Origin: Peptococcaceae bacterium UBA5767
Lineage (GTDB): Bacteria > Bacillota > TC1 > UBA5767
Reading direction: 5' to 3'
DNA length: 64,000 nt
Assembly: GCA_002418765.1 (NCBI GenBank)
Contig: DIET01000014.1
Span: 48,376-112,375, forward strand
In this document: positions 47,858-57,715 of the stretch, in pieces
Layout: each line of letters begins with the position of its first letter
Numbering within the stretch: the stretch's first letter is position 1
The notes under the pieces: model-generated
What the model saw: the letters and a program-made list of their open reading frames with translations, nothing else
Told to the model about the DNA's origin: nothing
The model's database searches: none
Translations under genes and position numbers: made by a program

Positions 47858-49123
47858 ATGGATTTATTTGATGCAATCCGGGAAAAGGAAATGGATAAAA
47901 ATGCTCCATTGGCCAGCAGGATGACACCAAGAAATTTTGGTGAATATGTCGGGCAAGAACATATCCTAGGCAAAGATCGACTCCTTCGGCGCTGCATCGA
48001 TACTGACCAATTGACCTCTATTATTTTATATGGGCCTCCAGGCACAGGAAAAACGGCGCTAGCCAGATTGATAGCCAAAACAACGCAGGCACAATTCAGA
48101 ACATTAAATGCGGTCACATCAGGAATCAAAGATATCAAGGATGTCATTTTAGAAGCATCGGATAACCTAGGATTACTGTCGCAAAAGACAATTTTATTCA
48201 TTGACGAGATTCATCGTTTCAATAAAACCCAACAAGATGCCTTGCTTCCTCATGTAGAGAAGGGATTGGTTACTCTTATAGGCGCCACGACGGAAAATCC
48301 ATATGTGGAGGTCAACAGGGCACTCTTATCGCGTTCAACCATTTATCGACTCAATCCATTGACACCAGAAAATATCCACGCCATCTTACTCCATGCGATG
48401 AAGGACAAAGAACGCGGTTATGGGCATGTAAACATCCAAATGACCTCCACAGCCTCCAACCATCTGTGCACCATGTGTAATGGAGACGCGAGGATGGCTT
48501 TAAATGCATTAGAACTGGCAGTCCTAAGTACCAAGCCTAATCAGCAGAATATAATCCATATAGACCTTCCTATTGCTTCAGAATCAATACAACGTCGTTC
48601 TATCCAATATGACAAACAAGGAGACAATCATTTTGATGTCATTTCAGCTTTCATCAAGAGCATGCGGGCATCAAAACCTGATGCGGCTTTACATTATATG
48701 ATCCGCATGATTGAGGCAGGGGAGGACCCCAAGTACATCACCCGGAGAATGATGATTTTTGCGGGAGAAGATATTGGACTTCAAGATCCACAAGCAATGC
48801 AGATAGCTACCAGCTGTGACTATGCTTTGAAGAATTTGGGTATGCCCGAGGCTTATTATCCCTTGGTAGAAGCTTGTCTTTATCTCAGTCTAGCACCCAA
48901 GTCAAATGCTTGTAAGGTGGCGCTTGGGGAGGCCAAAAAGGACATTTTAAACCATGATATTGGAGATGTTCCTCTTTTTTTGCAGGATCAAAGCTTTGAA
49001 AAACCACAAACGGATTGTCAAGAAGAATCACTTTACAAGTATCCTCCAGATCATCATTATGTCACAGATCAGGAATATATGCCCAAACCGTTGATAGGAA
49101 AAGTATACTATCGAGAGAAGTAA
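47858..49123 (+). CDS. rarA: replication-associated recombination protein A (AAA+ ATPase)
   Basis: LYGPPGTGKTALA Walker A, LFIDEIHRFNK Walker B/sensor, MgsA C-terminal domain. GGGAGGA RBS before ATG 47858. Confidence 0.9.
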   Translation: MDLFDAIREKEMDKNAPLASRMTPRNFGEYVGQEHILGKDRLLRRCIDTDQLTSIILYGPPGTGKTALARLIAKTTQAQFRTLNAVTSGIKDIKDVILEASDNLGLLSQKTILFIDEIHRFNKTQQDALLPHVEKGLVTLIGATTENPYVEVNRALLSRSTIYRLNPLTPENIHAILLHAMKDKERGYGHVNIQMTSTASNHLCTMCNGDARMALNALELAVLSTKPNQQNIIHIDLPIASESIQRRSIQYDKQGDNHFDVISAFIKSMRASKPDAALHYMIRMIEAGEDPKYITRRMMIFAGEDIGLQDPQAMQIATSCDYALKNLGMPEAYYPLVEACLYLSLAPKSNACKVALGEAKKDILNHDIGDVPLFLQDQSFEKPQTDCQEESLYKYPPDHHYVTDQEYMPKPLIGKVYYREK

Positions 49124-49252
49124 ATAATGCGGAAATGCCTATAAAAATAAGGCTTTTAGAATACATACCAGCTCGATACACTATTCGTTCTGTCGAGTTG
49201 ACAAAACTCTATTGAAATACTAGGATAAAGAAAAGTAAACAAAGAAGAGGCC

Positions 49253-49687
49253 ATGATGAAGATTTCAACGAAAGGCACCTATGGGTTGCGAGCCATGATT
49301 GATTTGGCAATATTTAGCCAGTTTCATCCTGTTTCTATCAAGAAGATTGCAGCACGACAAGAGATATCCGAATTATACCTGGAACAAATTTTTGCCAAAC
49401 TCAAGCAAGGTGGTTTGGTGAAAAGCAAGCGAGGCATCTACGGGGGCTATTTCCTGGGTAAAGATCCGCAGCATATCAATGTTAAAGAAATTCTCAATAT
49501 CTTAGAAGATAATCTTAGTGTTCATTCATGCCAAAATGACAACATGAAAATATGCCAACGCGCTTCTCGTTGCCCGACCAGGGTTTTGTGGAAGCGGATT
49601 GACCGTGCAGTACATGATATCATGGAGTCGTATACGTTAGAAGATTTGGTTGTAGAAGCGAAATTTCAAGACAATAGTCTTTTGTGA
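49253..49687 (+). CDS. Rrf2 family transcriptional regulator (IscR-like, three-Cys cluster motif)
   Basis: STKGTYGLRAMIDLA wHTH N-terminus. C-x7-C-x5-C (CQNDNMKICQRASRC). Precedes the cysteine desulfurase gene. Confidence 0.85.
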   Translation: MMKISTKGTYGLRAMIDLAIFSQFHPVSIKKIAARQEISELYLEQIFAKLKQGGLVKSKRGIYGGYFLGKDPQHINVKEILNILEDNLSVHSCQNDNMKICQRASRCPTRVLWKRIDRAVHDIMESYTLEDLVVEAKFQDNSLL

Positions 49688-49701
49688 ATGATGAGGAAAC
49701 C

Positions 49702-50889
49702 ATGAAGTATTTTGATAACAGTGCCACAACACCACTTGCTCCGGAAGTAAAGGAAAGCATACAACACTATATGGACTGGACTTATGGTAATCCTTCCAGC
49801 CCCTATCATGAAGGCCGGATGGCCAAAAAGGCACTTCAAGCTGCCCGTAGCACGATAGCTGACCTTATAGGAGCTAAAAATGCGGACGAAGAAAACCCTG
49901 GTGAGGTTTTTTTTACCAGTTCTGGGACTGAATCGGACAATTTGGCCATTTTAGGCTCACTCGCTGCCAGAAGAGACAATAGAAAACATTGTATTACCAG
50001 TTCTATTGAACATCCAGCAGTGCTCAACACATTTAGGTACTTGGAAACGCAAGGATACCATGTTGACTATTTACCAGTCGATCGGCAGGGGAACATAAAT
50101 CCTGACGATTTAGCCAAAGCATTGGACAATGAAACGGCTTTGGTGAGTATCATGATGGCCAACAATGAGGTTGGAACCGTTCAACCTATACAGCTGATGG
50201 CCGATATGGCTCATCAGTATGGCTCGTTGTTTCATACGGATGCCGTTCAGGCTTTAGGAAAGCTAACGCTCAACACTGCTGAATTGGGTATCGATTTGAT
50301 GAGTTTATCTGCTCATAAAATCTATGGTCCCAAGGGTATTGGTGCTTTGTATGTGAAAGAGAATACCCCTTTGATCAACATCATGCATGGAGGGCACCAG
50401 GAAAACGGTATTAGACCTGGTACTGAAAACATGCTAGGCATCGTTGGTTTTGCCAAAGCTTGCGAACTTTTGCAAGGAACCATAGAAATGGAAGCCCGGC
50501 AGAAAGAACGCTTGGCATTGCGACTTTCTCAGGGACTTCAAGAATCCATACCGGACATCGAATTGAATGGCAATCCCCACTCGAAAATTCCAGGTCATGT
50601 ACACGTTACGTTTCGCTTTGTTGAAGGAGAGGCACTCTTGATGGCTCTTAATCTCAAAGAAATCGCTTGTTCGAGTGGTTCTGCTTGTAGCACTGGATCG
50701 AATCTTCCTTCACACGTACTTTTGGCCATGGGTTTTGATTATCTCGATGCCCAAAGTTCTATTCGTTTTACAGTAGGCCGGTACAATACCGCAGACGAAA
50801 TCGATGAGTTGCTTCGTGATATCCCAGTCATTGTACAGCGCCTTCGGGCTATGTCTCCTTTGGCGCGACATAGAAGCAGGGAAAGGTAA
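49702..50889 (+). CDS. cysteine desulfurase (NifS/IscS class I)
   Basis: YFDNSATTP, SAHKIYGPKG (PLP lysine), SSGSACS (active-site Cys). ATG 49702 preceded by GAGGAA. Confidence 0.9.
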   Translation: MKYFDNSATTPLAPEVKESIQHYMDWTYGNPSSPYHEGRMAKKALQAARSTIADLIGAKNADEENPGEVFFTSSGTESDNLAILGSLAARRDNRKHCITSSIEHPAVLNTFRYLETQGYHVDYLPVDRQGNINPDDLAKALDNETALVSIMMANNEVGTVQPIQLMADMAHQYGSLFHTDAVQALGKLTLNTAELGIDLMSLSAHKIYGPKGIGALYVKENTPLINIMHGGHQENGIRPGTENMLGIVGFAKACELLQGTIEMEARQKERLALRLSQGLQESIPDIELNGNPHSKIPGHVHVTFRFVEGEALLMALNLKEIACSSGSACSTGSNLPSHVLLAMGFDYLDAQSSIRFTVGRYNTADEIDELLRDIPVIVQRLRAMSPLARHRSRER

Positions 50890-50900
50890 AAGTGTAATCC

Positions 50901-51992
50901 ATGTTGAAAAATAAAATACTGGTTGCCATGAGTGGAGGTATTGATAGCTCATCGACCGCCTATTTACTAAAAGAACAAGGTTACACTGTGCGTGGTGTGA
51001 TGATGCGATTGCTACCGGAAGATATGGAGTCCATAAGCCATTTCAAAGAGTCGCGTGATGATGCTGCCAGAGTGTGTGATTTACTGCAAATTCCCTTTAC
51101 TGTACTTGATTTACGTCATGATTTTCATGAACAGGTCATTGCACCTTTTATGCATGCTTATATGGTAGGGGAGACACCCAATCCCTGTGTCAACTGCAAC
51201 CGTTTTCTTAAATTTGGCCGATTGATTTCTTATGCCCGCGAACTGGGTATGAACCAAATCGCTACAGGACATTATGTTCGTTTGGCCTACCGAGAGACCT
51301 ATGGCAGAAAAGTATTGTTGCAAGGCCATGACCGGGGGAAAGACCAGTCCTATTTCATGTATCGTTTAACTCCAGAACAACTTGATTTTTCACTTTTTCC
51401 GTTAGGAGAATACCAAAAAGATGAAATTAGAGTCATAGCGAAATCCCTCGGTATAGATGTTGAGAAAAAGGGTGAGAGTCAGGAGATTTGCTTTATTCCT
51501 GATGATGATTATCGGTCTTTTCTTAAAGAAAAAAGTACAGGAGGATTAGTACCGGGAAACTTCGTCGATGGGAACAAAAAAGTCTTGGGCACCCACCAAG
51601 GTTTGGCATTTTATACAGTAGGGCAGAGAAAGGGTTTACAAATCGCATTGGGGTATCCCGCTTATGTTATTGATATGGATCCTATCAGCAATACCATCAG
51701 ATTGGGCAAGAAAGAAGAGTTGGAACGATCTGTTTTTTTTGTGAAGAATTGTAATTTTAACGCCATTTTGGATCCCATAGCGCCATATCAAGCGCTCATA
51801 AAAGTACGTTATCGAAGTCCTGCAGTGGAAGGGATTGTTTATCCTGAGCACAATGGCCTTCGAAGAATTGAATTGAGCAATACTGCCAGCGCCATTGCAC
51901 CTGGTCAGTCTTCTGTATTTTATGATAGAGAGGGCGTACTATTGGGAGGGGGCATCATTGTTAGGGAATCAGGCTTTGAATCTGTTTCATAA
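50901..51992 (+). CDS. mnmA: tRNA 2-thiouridine(34) synthase
   Basis: VAMSGGIDSS PP-loop, NPCVNCN, ATGHY motifs. Desulfurase-mnmA synteny. Confidence 0.93.
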   Translation: MLKNKILVAMSGGIDSSSTAYLLKEQGYTVRGVMMRLLPEDMESISHFKESRDDAARVCDLLQIPFTVLDLRHDFHEQVIAPFMHAYMVGETPNPCVNCNRFLKFGRLISYARELGMNQIATGHYVRLAYRETYGRKVLLQGHDRGKDQSYFMYRLTPEQLDFSLFPLGEYQKDEIRVIAKSLGIDVEKKGESQEICFIPDDDYRSFLKEKSTGGLVPGNFVDGNKKVLGTHQGLAFYTVGQRKGLQIALGYPAYVIDMDPISNTIRLGKKEELERSVFFVKNCNFNAILDPIAPYQALIKVRYRSPAVEGIVYPEHNGLRRIELSNTASAIAPGQSSVFYDREGVLLGGGIIVRESGFESVS

Positions 51993-52067
51993 ATCTTTTA
52001 ATAATTTTACATAATATATATTATCGGACTTTTGTGTTTTGATTATTTTCTGAAAGGTTGGTCTCCT

Positions 52068-52430
52068 ATGGTTTTGGCAATGCAATTCGGCCTCATACTG
52101 TTGATATGGCAAATCGGTGAATGGATCTCGCTTACGTTTCATTTGGTCGTCCCGGGTTCTATTGTCGGTATGTTGCTATTACTTTTTCTTTTACAAACTG
52201 GAATTTTAAAAGAAAAGTATATTCGGGATGCTGGTGATATGTTTCTAAAAATCATATCCTTTTTTTTCATCCCTTCCGGTGTGGCTATTTTGGCACATAG
52301 GGACCTCATAGCAAATATTTGGATATATATGCTTATAGCACTCATTGTCAGCGTTGTTTTGGTCATGTTGGTTTCCGGACGTGTGACCCAGTTTCTTATC
52401 GATGTAAAAGGTGAGTCGCATGATGTATGA
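52068..52430 (+). CDS. lrgA: CidA/LrgA family holin-like protein
   Basis: About 120 aa, four TM segments, followed by an overlapping lrgB. Confidence 0.8.
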   Translation: MVLAMQFGLILLIWQIGEWISLTFHLVVPGSIVGMLLLLFLLQTGILKEKYIRDAGDMFLKIISFFFIPSGVAILAHRDLIANIWIYMLIALIVSVVLVMLVSGRVTQFLIDVKGESHDV

Positions 52431-53139
52431 TTTCAACTCGTTGGTCGCTCTTTTGCTTGGTATCTTGTTGACAATATTGCTGTATGTAATTGGTCTGAAG
52501 TTATACCAACGCTATCACATTGATCTGTTTACGCCCAATATTTTTGGTATTGTATCCCTGGTAATCATCATGAGCATTTTTCGCATCGATTATGCATGGT
52601 ATGAGCCTAGTGCTACGGCCATTAACTTTTTTCTTAAACCCGCCGTTGTGGTATTGGCGCTTCCTCTCTATCGCCGTCTTCCCCTACTTATGAAGAATAA
52701 ATTGCCTATTCTTCTAGGAATATTTTCTGGTGTCTTGGTATCTAGTTTCAGCATAGTATTTTTTTCATTTCTGGGAAATTTTGATATGATTACCATGTTA
52801 TCCCTATTGCCCAAATCCATAACAACACCCATGGGTATTGAGGTTTCTCAAAGCATGCAGGCTATCCCATCCATCACCGTTCTGGCCATTCTCATTACTG
52901 GCGTGGTAGGTACGGTTCTGGCCAAGACCATTTTGTCTCTGGGAAACATTCATCATCCCATTGCCAAAGGTGTAGCCATTGGGACAAGTGCTCATGTGCT
53001 GGGCACTACCAAAGCGTTGGAAATCGGTGAAGTAGAAGGTGCCATTTCCGGTTTATCGTTGGCTCTGGCCGGCATTATTTCCGTCTTTTACCTACCATTT
53101 TTGGCTTATCTAATACGGATGATTTATAAAATGATATAG
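52420..53139 (+). CDS. lrgB: LrgB family protein
   Basis: About 240 aa polytopic membrane protein, KSITTPMGIEVS motif, overlaps lrgA 3' end. Confidence 0.85.
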   Translation: MMYDFNSLVALLLGILLTILLYVIGLKLYQRYHIDLFTPNIFGIVSLVIIMSIFRIDYAWYEPSATAINFFLKPAVVVLALPLYRRLPLLMKNKLPILLGIFSGVLVSSFSIVFFSFLGNFDMITMLSLLPKSITTPMGIEVSQSMQAIPSITVLAILITGVVGTVLAKTILSLGNIHHPIAKGVAIGTSAHVLGTTKALEIGEVEGAISGLSLALAGIISVFYLPFLAYLIRMIYKMI

Positions 53140-53170
53140 CAATGGGGATGATTTTTTCCATCCCCATTGC
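53139..53170. terminator. bidirectional terminator between lrgB and ABC ATPase gene
   Basis: GCAATGGGGATG-attttttc-CATCCCCATTGC. Confidence 0.8.
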
Positions 53171-53196
53171 TTAGCATATTCCCTTGTCTTTCGTAT

Positions 53197-53967
53197 TTAA
53201 AGCACCGATTCTCGTTCATCTTTCAACTTGCAGTAACAAGGCGCTAGATCCTGCCAAATTTCCCCTTCTTCTTTCTCTTTGGTCATAAAGTCCTTGGTAA
53301 TATTCCCATCCTTGATCTCAATGACGCGGTCTGATTTGGCTGCAATATGATCATTGTGAGTAACAATGAGAAAAGATGTTTGCAACTTCTCATTTAAATC
53401 CCTCATCAATGCATATACCTGTTCTGTTGTATCGCTGTCTAAATTTCCTGTAGGTTCATCTGCTAAGATCAACGATGGCTCATTGATCAGGGCTCTGGCA
53501 ATAGCCACACGTTGCTGTTGCCCGCCAGAAATGTCATTGGCATTGTTGTTGATCCGATCCTTTAGTCCCACCATCTCCAATAATTCTTTGGCTCTTTCTA
53601 TCCTATTCTTATTGGCAGTACCATCTTTGATCCATGTTGGGATCAAAACATTTTCTAAAACAGAAAAATCGGGTAACAAATGATGGAACTGAAAAATAAA
53701 ACCTAGATTACTGTTGCGAAAATAAGCCAGTTCTTCATCTTGCATAGCCGAAATCTTCTGCCCATTAAACTTGACCTCTCCTTCGGTTGGCTTGTCAAGC
53801 GCCCCTAAAATATTGAGCAGTGTAGTTTTTCCACTCCCAGAATAACCAATCAAACTTGCAAACTCTCCTTGCTGAATGGATAAATCTATTCCTTTTAGAA
53901 CTTCTGTCTTCACAACGGTCCCATAAGTTTTTTTGATGTTGCATGCTTGTAATAAACAATTCGACAT
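53197..53967 (-). CDS. ABC transporter ATP-binding protein (MacB/LolD/YknY type)
   Basis: GYSGSGKTT Walker [16 protein letters not shown] signature, [12 protein letters not shown] Walker B. About 30 extra C-terminal residues. Confidence 0.9.
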   Translation of the reverse strand: MSNCLLQACNIKKTYGTVVKTEVLKGIDLSIQQGEFASLIGYSGSGKTTLLNILGALDKPTEGEVKFNGQKISAMQDEELAYFRNSNLGFIFQFHHLLPDFSVLENVLIPTWIKDGTANKNRIERAKELLEMVGLKDRINNNANDISGGQQQRVAIARALINEPSLILADEPTGNLDSDTTEQVYALMRDLNEKLQTSFLIVTHNDHIAAKSDRVIEIKDGNITKDFMTKEKEEGEIWQDLAPCYCKLKDERESVL

Positions 53968-53970
53968 AGC

Positions 53971-55185
53971 TTATCCTTTCATTACATCAATAGGATTCAG
54001 TTTGGCGGAATTCCTTGCCGGTATAACGGCTGAAATGATACTGGCTAACGTGGTGATCAACAAGATAACCATGGTCTGATTGAAGCGTATATTCAATGCA
54101 AACAAAGGATCCCCTGTGGCTGCAGCTGTACCAAACAAAAAGCCTTGAATTAACAGGAAGCCCAAAAATACACCCAGCATGGCCCCTAAAAAACCTAAAA
54201 TCGCACCTTGTAAGATAAAGATATTTCTAGCACTTTTACTTGAAGTCCCCATGGCCTTTAGAATGCCAATTTGCCTTTGTTTTTGCACAACACTGACAGC
54301 CAAAACGCTGGCAATGCCCAAGGTAATTGCCATCAGTACAAAGAACTGAATCGTGTATGAAGATGAACTTTGACTGTTTAATGCAGACAGTAAACTGGCA
54401 TTTTCATCTTTCCAATTTGTAAAATCCGCACCAATGAGTTCTCTGTCCAACTGATTTGCAATTTGATCAGCTTTAAATACTTCGCTTACCTGTAATTCTA
54501 TGGAGGAGATATTTCCTCCGAAATCAAGAAGGCGCTGCGCTCGTATCAGATCCAGAAAAACCCAGGTTTCATTAATGCCTTGGGTGCCCAAATCAAAGAT
54601 GCCTGAAACAATGAAGATTTCGCTGGTACCTCCGGCCAATTCAATAAGAAAGCTATCTCCGATATCCAATGCATACGTACGTGCGATTTCCGAGCCGATC
54701 AGGGATTGATTACCAGATAATTGATATGATCCAGACGTAGTAACCTCCTCGAAACGATAAATATCATCCGCCCTGTCACTGTCAATACCTCGAATAACCA
54801 ATGGTGATCTTAGTCCGCTTTTGATTAGAAAAGCATTCCCTGAAACCACAGGCGATACGGCTGTAAGCTGCTCTTGTGAATCCAAATACGTGAGAAATGG
54901 TTCCCAGTTGCTCAAGGATCTTTCATCCTTTATAAAATTACCTTCAGTGGAAAGCAATGAATCATCATCTTGTTCCCTCTGCGTTATCTTTGTTGATTCA
55001 CTCCTGAGTACAATGTGAGGAGACTTGCCCACTGTAGCATTGACCAAATCTTCTTGCAACCCTGTTATTAGAGTCCCAAGAAAAATCTGGACAGCAACTC
55101 CGATGGCAATACCCAACATAATAAACAACGTTTGTCCTTTACCTGCCTTAAGAAAGCGCAAGGCCAATTTGAGCTCAAATTTCAT
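53971..55185 (-). CDS. ABC transporter permease, FtsX/MacB-type (YknZ-like)
   Basis: TM1, large extracytoplasmic domain, three C-terminal TMs (FtsX fold), 404 aa. Confidence 0.85.
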   Translation of the reverse strand: MKFELKLALRFLKAGKGQTLFIMLGIAIGVAVQIFLGTLITGLQEDLVNATVGKSPHIVLRSESTKITQREQDDDSLLSTEGNFIKDERSLSNWEPFLTYLDSQEQLTAVSPVVSGNAFLIKSGLRSPLVIRGIDSDRADDIYRFEEVTTSGSYQLSGNQSLIGSEIARTYALDIGDSFLIELAGGTSEIFIVSGIFDLGTQGINETWVFLDLIRAQRLLDFGGNISSIELQVSEVFKADQIANQLDRELIGADFTNWKDENASLLSALNSQSSSSYTIQFFVLMAITLGIASVLAVSVVQKQRQIGILKAMGTSSKSARNIFILQGAILGFLGAMLGVFLGFLLIQGFLFGTAAATGDPLFALNIRFNQTMVILLITTLASIISAVIPARNSAKLNPIDVMKG

Positions 55186-55197
55186 GGAATACCCCTA

Positions 55198-56370
55198 TCA
55201 ATCGTTACGTTCTACAGATGAATCCGGATACAAAATAACATCACCTGGGACGAGTCCCTCTAAAACCAGATATTCTTTTAGACCTACTGCTTCCAACAGA
55301 ACATCCTGAATCTGAACCTCATCCTTTTGAAGTAAAACCGTGGTCGGATTATCGGTATACAAGTACTCTGCCGGGATAACAAGCGCTTTTTCTAAATTAC
55401 GCACCTCAATGTCAGTTCGGACTGTTAAATCTTGAATGATGAATTCTTCAGAGGTCAATAGTTCCAGCCGAACTTGCACCGTACCTGTATTGGCATTGAC
55501 CTTGGAATCAATTCTCTCTACAACAGCTTCAATGGTCTTAGAAGGAAATCCTTCCGGCCAAACTGTAGCAGGTTGACCAAGAGATAATAAACTAATATTC
55601 CGTTCATCAATATCCAGTTCGACATAAAAACGGTCCTCTGTGATGATGGTGGCCAGATTCATACCTGGCTGAATAATTTCACCAACTTCATGCTCAAGTA
55701 CTGTCACTATGCCATCCAAAGGGCTTCTTATGATATGCTTATCTACACGAAGCTCAGCAGTCAGAACACCGTTTTGAGCCTGTCTGACGGCTGTTAAAGC
55801 GCTTTCATATCCAGAACCATTCTCCAACAAAGCAGCATATGAAGCATTGGCGCTAACATACTGTGATTCCAGCTTTTCCAATGTTGCTTGTGCGGATTCG
55901 AGCATTTGCTGATCAATAGCCCCTTCTTCAAACAATCGCTTATAATCATCATACAATTCTTGTTGGCTATTTTTAGCAATACGGATTTGATCCAGTGATT
56001 CTCTGGCCACAGTCCTTTTTGAGATTTCAATGTCTCGCAGGGATTCTTCTGCCATGGTGAGATTGATCTGTGCTGCTATGAGAGCGCTTTGTGCATCCTC
56101 ATCATCAATAATGGCGATGATATCATTCTCATTCACATGTTCTCCTTGTGAAAAGGGCAATGATTCGATTGTTCCAGAAATCTGTGATTGAAGATCAACA
56201 GCTTTTTGGGGGACAACTTTTCCCGTAGCGCTAAGTATTTGCTGGATTGGTTTTTCTTCCAGAATCAACCCGGTTGATTCATCAGTAACTGAAAATGGGT
56301 TAAGAATAACCATTATTGCTAAAAGGGAAATACCCCCCAATCCCAAGTAGATTTTCTTCTGTTTCGTCAT
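55198..56370 (-). CDS. efflux transporter periplasmic adaptor subunit (HlyD/MacA/YknX-like)
   Basis: N-terminal TM anchor, lipoyl/coiled-coil/beta-barrel pattern. ATG at 56370 is preceded by GGAGGA, and the listed start 56382 lies inside that RBS. Confidence 0.8.
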   Translation of the reverse strand: MTKQKKIYLGLGGISLLAIMVILNPFSVTDESTGLILEEKPIQQILSATGKVVPQKAVDLQSQISGTIESLPFSQGEHVNENDIIAIIDDEDAQSALIAAQINLTMAEESLRDIEISKRTVARESLDQIRIAKNSQQELYDDYKRLFEEGAIDQQMLESAQATLEKLESQYVSANASYAALLENGSGYESALTAVRQAQNGVLTAELRVDKHIIRSPLDGIVTVLEHEVGEIIQPGMNLATIITEDRFYVELDIDERNISLLSLGQPATVWPEGFPSKTIEAVVERIDSKVNANTGTVQVRLELLTSEEFIIQDLTVRTDIEVRNLEKALVIPAEYLYTDNPTTVLLQKDEVQIQDVLLEAVGLKEYLVLEGLVPGDVILYPDSSVERND

Positions 56371-56382
56371 AGATTCCTCCAT

Positions 56383-56411
56383 AAAAAGAGTTGCAAGTTT
56401 CCTTGCAACTC
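56383..56411 (-). terminator. intrinsic terminator after the yneA-like gene
   Basis: On the minus strand, GAGTTGCAAG-gaaa-CTTGCAACTC followed by TTTTT. Confidence 0.7.
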
Positions 56412-56447
56412 ATTATATTATATATTTCATAATTAAGTAAAATATTA

Positions 56448-56798
56448 TCAGCCAATGGGAATAATCAAATGTTGTCCGGGATAAATGGTGGTTCCAATTT
56501 GATTAATTTCCTTTATCGTGTATATCACTTTTCGAATATCACGTTTACCTTGATAATATTCATTCGCAAGTTTCCACAGATTGTCGCCTTCTTGAACATA
56601 AACATCCATGTAATGGACTTCTTCCATAGCTTCAAAGGTTTCTTGTTGCAAGGGTTTTTCCTCTCGATTACCAACCGTGAGTGCATGGGCGGTTGGGATG
56701 ACCATCAAATTGACCACGAGTACAAGTCCCAAAACACGAACAACGAAAGCACCCATGCTAATACGAATGACGATTCTTTTCTTGGATTTTCTTTTCAT
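56448..56798 (-). CDS. yneA: LysM-domain membrane protein, YneA-like SOS cell-division inhibitor candidate
   Basis: Basic N-terminus plus one TM plus C-terminal LysM (YVQEGDNLWKLANEYY...PGQHLIIP). Divergent from lexA with LexA boxes in its promoter, as for B. subtilis yneA. Confidence 0.7.
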   Translation of the reverse strand: MKRKSKKRIVIRISMGAFVVRVLGLVLVVNLMVIPTAHALTVGNREEKPLQQETFEAMEEVHYMDVYVQEGDNLWKLANEYYQGKRDIRKVIYTIKEINQIGTTIYPGQHLIIPIG

Positions 56799-56818
56799 TT
56801 ATCCCATCCCCCTTATCA

Positions 56819-56832
56819 CGAACACTTGTTCT
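56819..56832. promoter_or_regulatory. LexA (Cheo) box 1
   Basis: CGAACACTTGTTCT matches the Gram-positive GAAC-N4-GTTC consensus. Confidence 0.8.
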
Positions 56833-56847
56833 TAGTTGCATTTTAAC

Positions 56848-56861
56848 AGAACATTTGTTCT
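56848..56861. promoter_or_regulatory. LexA (Cheo) box 2
   Basis: AGAACATTTGTTCT is a perfect GAAC-N4-GTTC. It lies in the spacer of the minus-strand promoter TTTACA(56868..56863)-17 nt-TAAAAT(56845..56840). Confidence 0.85.
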
Positions 56862-56876
56862 GTGTAAAGCCTAAAT

Positions 56877-56892
56877 AGAAACATTTGTTTGT
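56877..56892. promoter_or_regulatory. degenerate LexA box 3 overlapping the lexA -35
   Basis: AGAAACATTTGTTTGT (AAAC-N4-GTTT palindrome). Confidence 0.5.
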
Positions 56893-56917
56893 ATAAAAAA
56901 ATCTTGTGTGTTATAAT
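56889..56917 (+). promoter_or_regulatory. lexA promoter
   Basis: TTGTAT-17 nt-TATAAT with TGt extended -10. Confidence 0.6.
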
Positions 56918-56936
56918 TCTGACAGGAGGGTTGATT

Positions 56937-57575
56937 ATGATGGATTTAACCAAAAGGCAGCAGCAGATTTATACAATGATTCAACAATTTATTCTAGAAA
57001 ATGCTTATCCGCCCACAGTCCGCGAAATCGCAGAGGTTGTTGGTCTGAACTCCATATCGACCGTTCATAGGCATTTAAAAAACTTGGAATCATTGGGATG
57101 CATTCGCAGGAATCCTGCCATGTCTAGAGCCATAGAAATTGTAGATAACGCATCATTTGACTCTCATAGCCAACACCATTCCTGGAATGACATGCAGATG
57201 GTCAACGTTCCCCTATTGGGCCGAGTAACAGCTGGTATCCCTATTGAAGCCATAGAAAATATACAAGAAACCTATCCCCTACCTTTGTCCTTGATTGGCA
57301 GTAAGGATGCTTACATTCTTGAAGTGGTTGGTGAATCCATGATTGAAGCAGGTATCCATGATGGAGACTTGGCTATCGTTGAAAAACGAAACACAGCCAG
57401 TAATGGTGATATTGTCGTAGCCATGCTCGAAAGCAATGAAGCTACCATCAAGAGGTTTTATCGGGAGAATAACCGGTATCGACTGCAACCAGAGAATTCC
57501 ACCATGGAACCCATTTATACAGATCATGTGGATATCTTGGGAAAAGTCATTGGACTATATCGCAATATACACTGA
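56937..57575 (+). CDS. lexA: LexA repressor
   Basis: LTKRQQQIYTMIQQFI...PPTVREIAE wHTH, AG cleavage site (VTAGIP), Ser/Lys dyad (VGESM ... IKRF). AGGAGGG RBS before ATG 56937. Confidence 0.93.
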   Translation: MMDLTKRQQQIYTMIQQFILENAYPPTVREIAEVVGLNSISTVHRHLKNLESLGCIRRNPAMSRAIEIVDNASFDSHSQHHSWNDMQMVNVPLLGRVTAGIPIEAIENIQETYPLPLSLIGSKDAYILEVVGESMIEAGIHDGDLAIVEKRNTASNGDIVVAMLESNEATIKRFYRENNRYRLQPENSTMEPIYTDHVDILGKVIGLYRNIH

Positions 57576-57605
57576 TCTATACTATGATATTAAACGAATA
57601 TGTGT

Positions 57606-57645
57606 ACAAATAAGGGCTCATTCTGAAGAATGAGCCCTTATTTGT
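57606..57645. terminator. bidirectional terminator between lexA and ynbB
   Basis: 18-bp perfect hairpin ACAAATAAGGGCTCATTC-tgaa-GAATGAGCCCTTATTTGT. Confidence 0.85.
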
Positions 57646-57715
57646 ATTACTGATCACAATAAATAGAATGCACTGCCTTGACATCTCTTCACCAAAAAAG
57701 CAAATATATTCAGGT

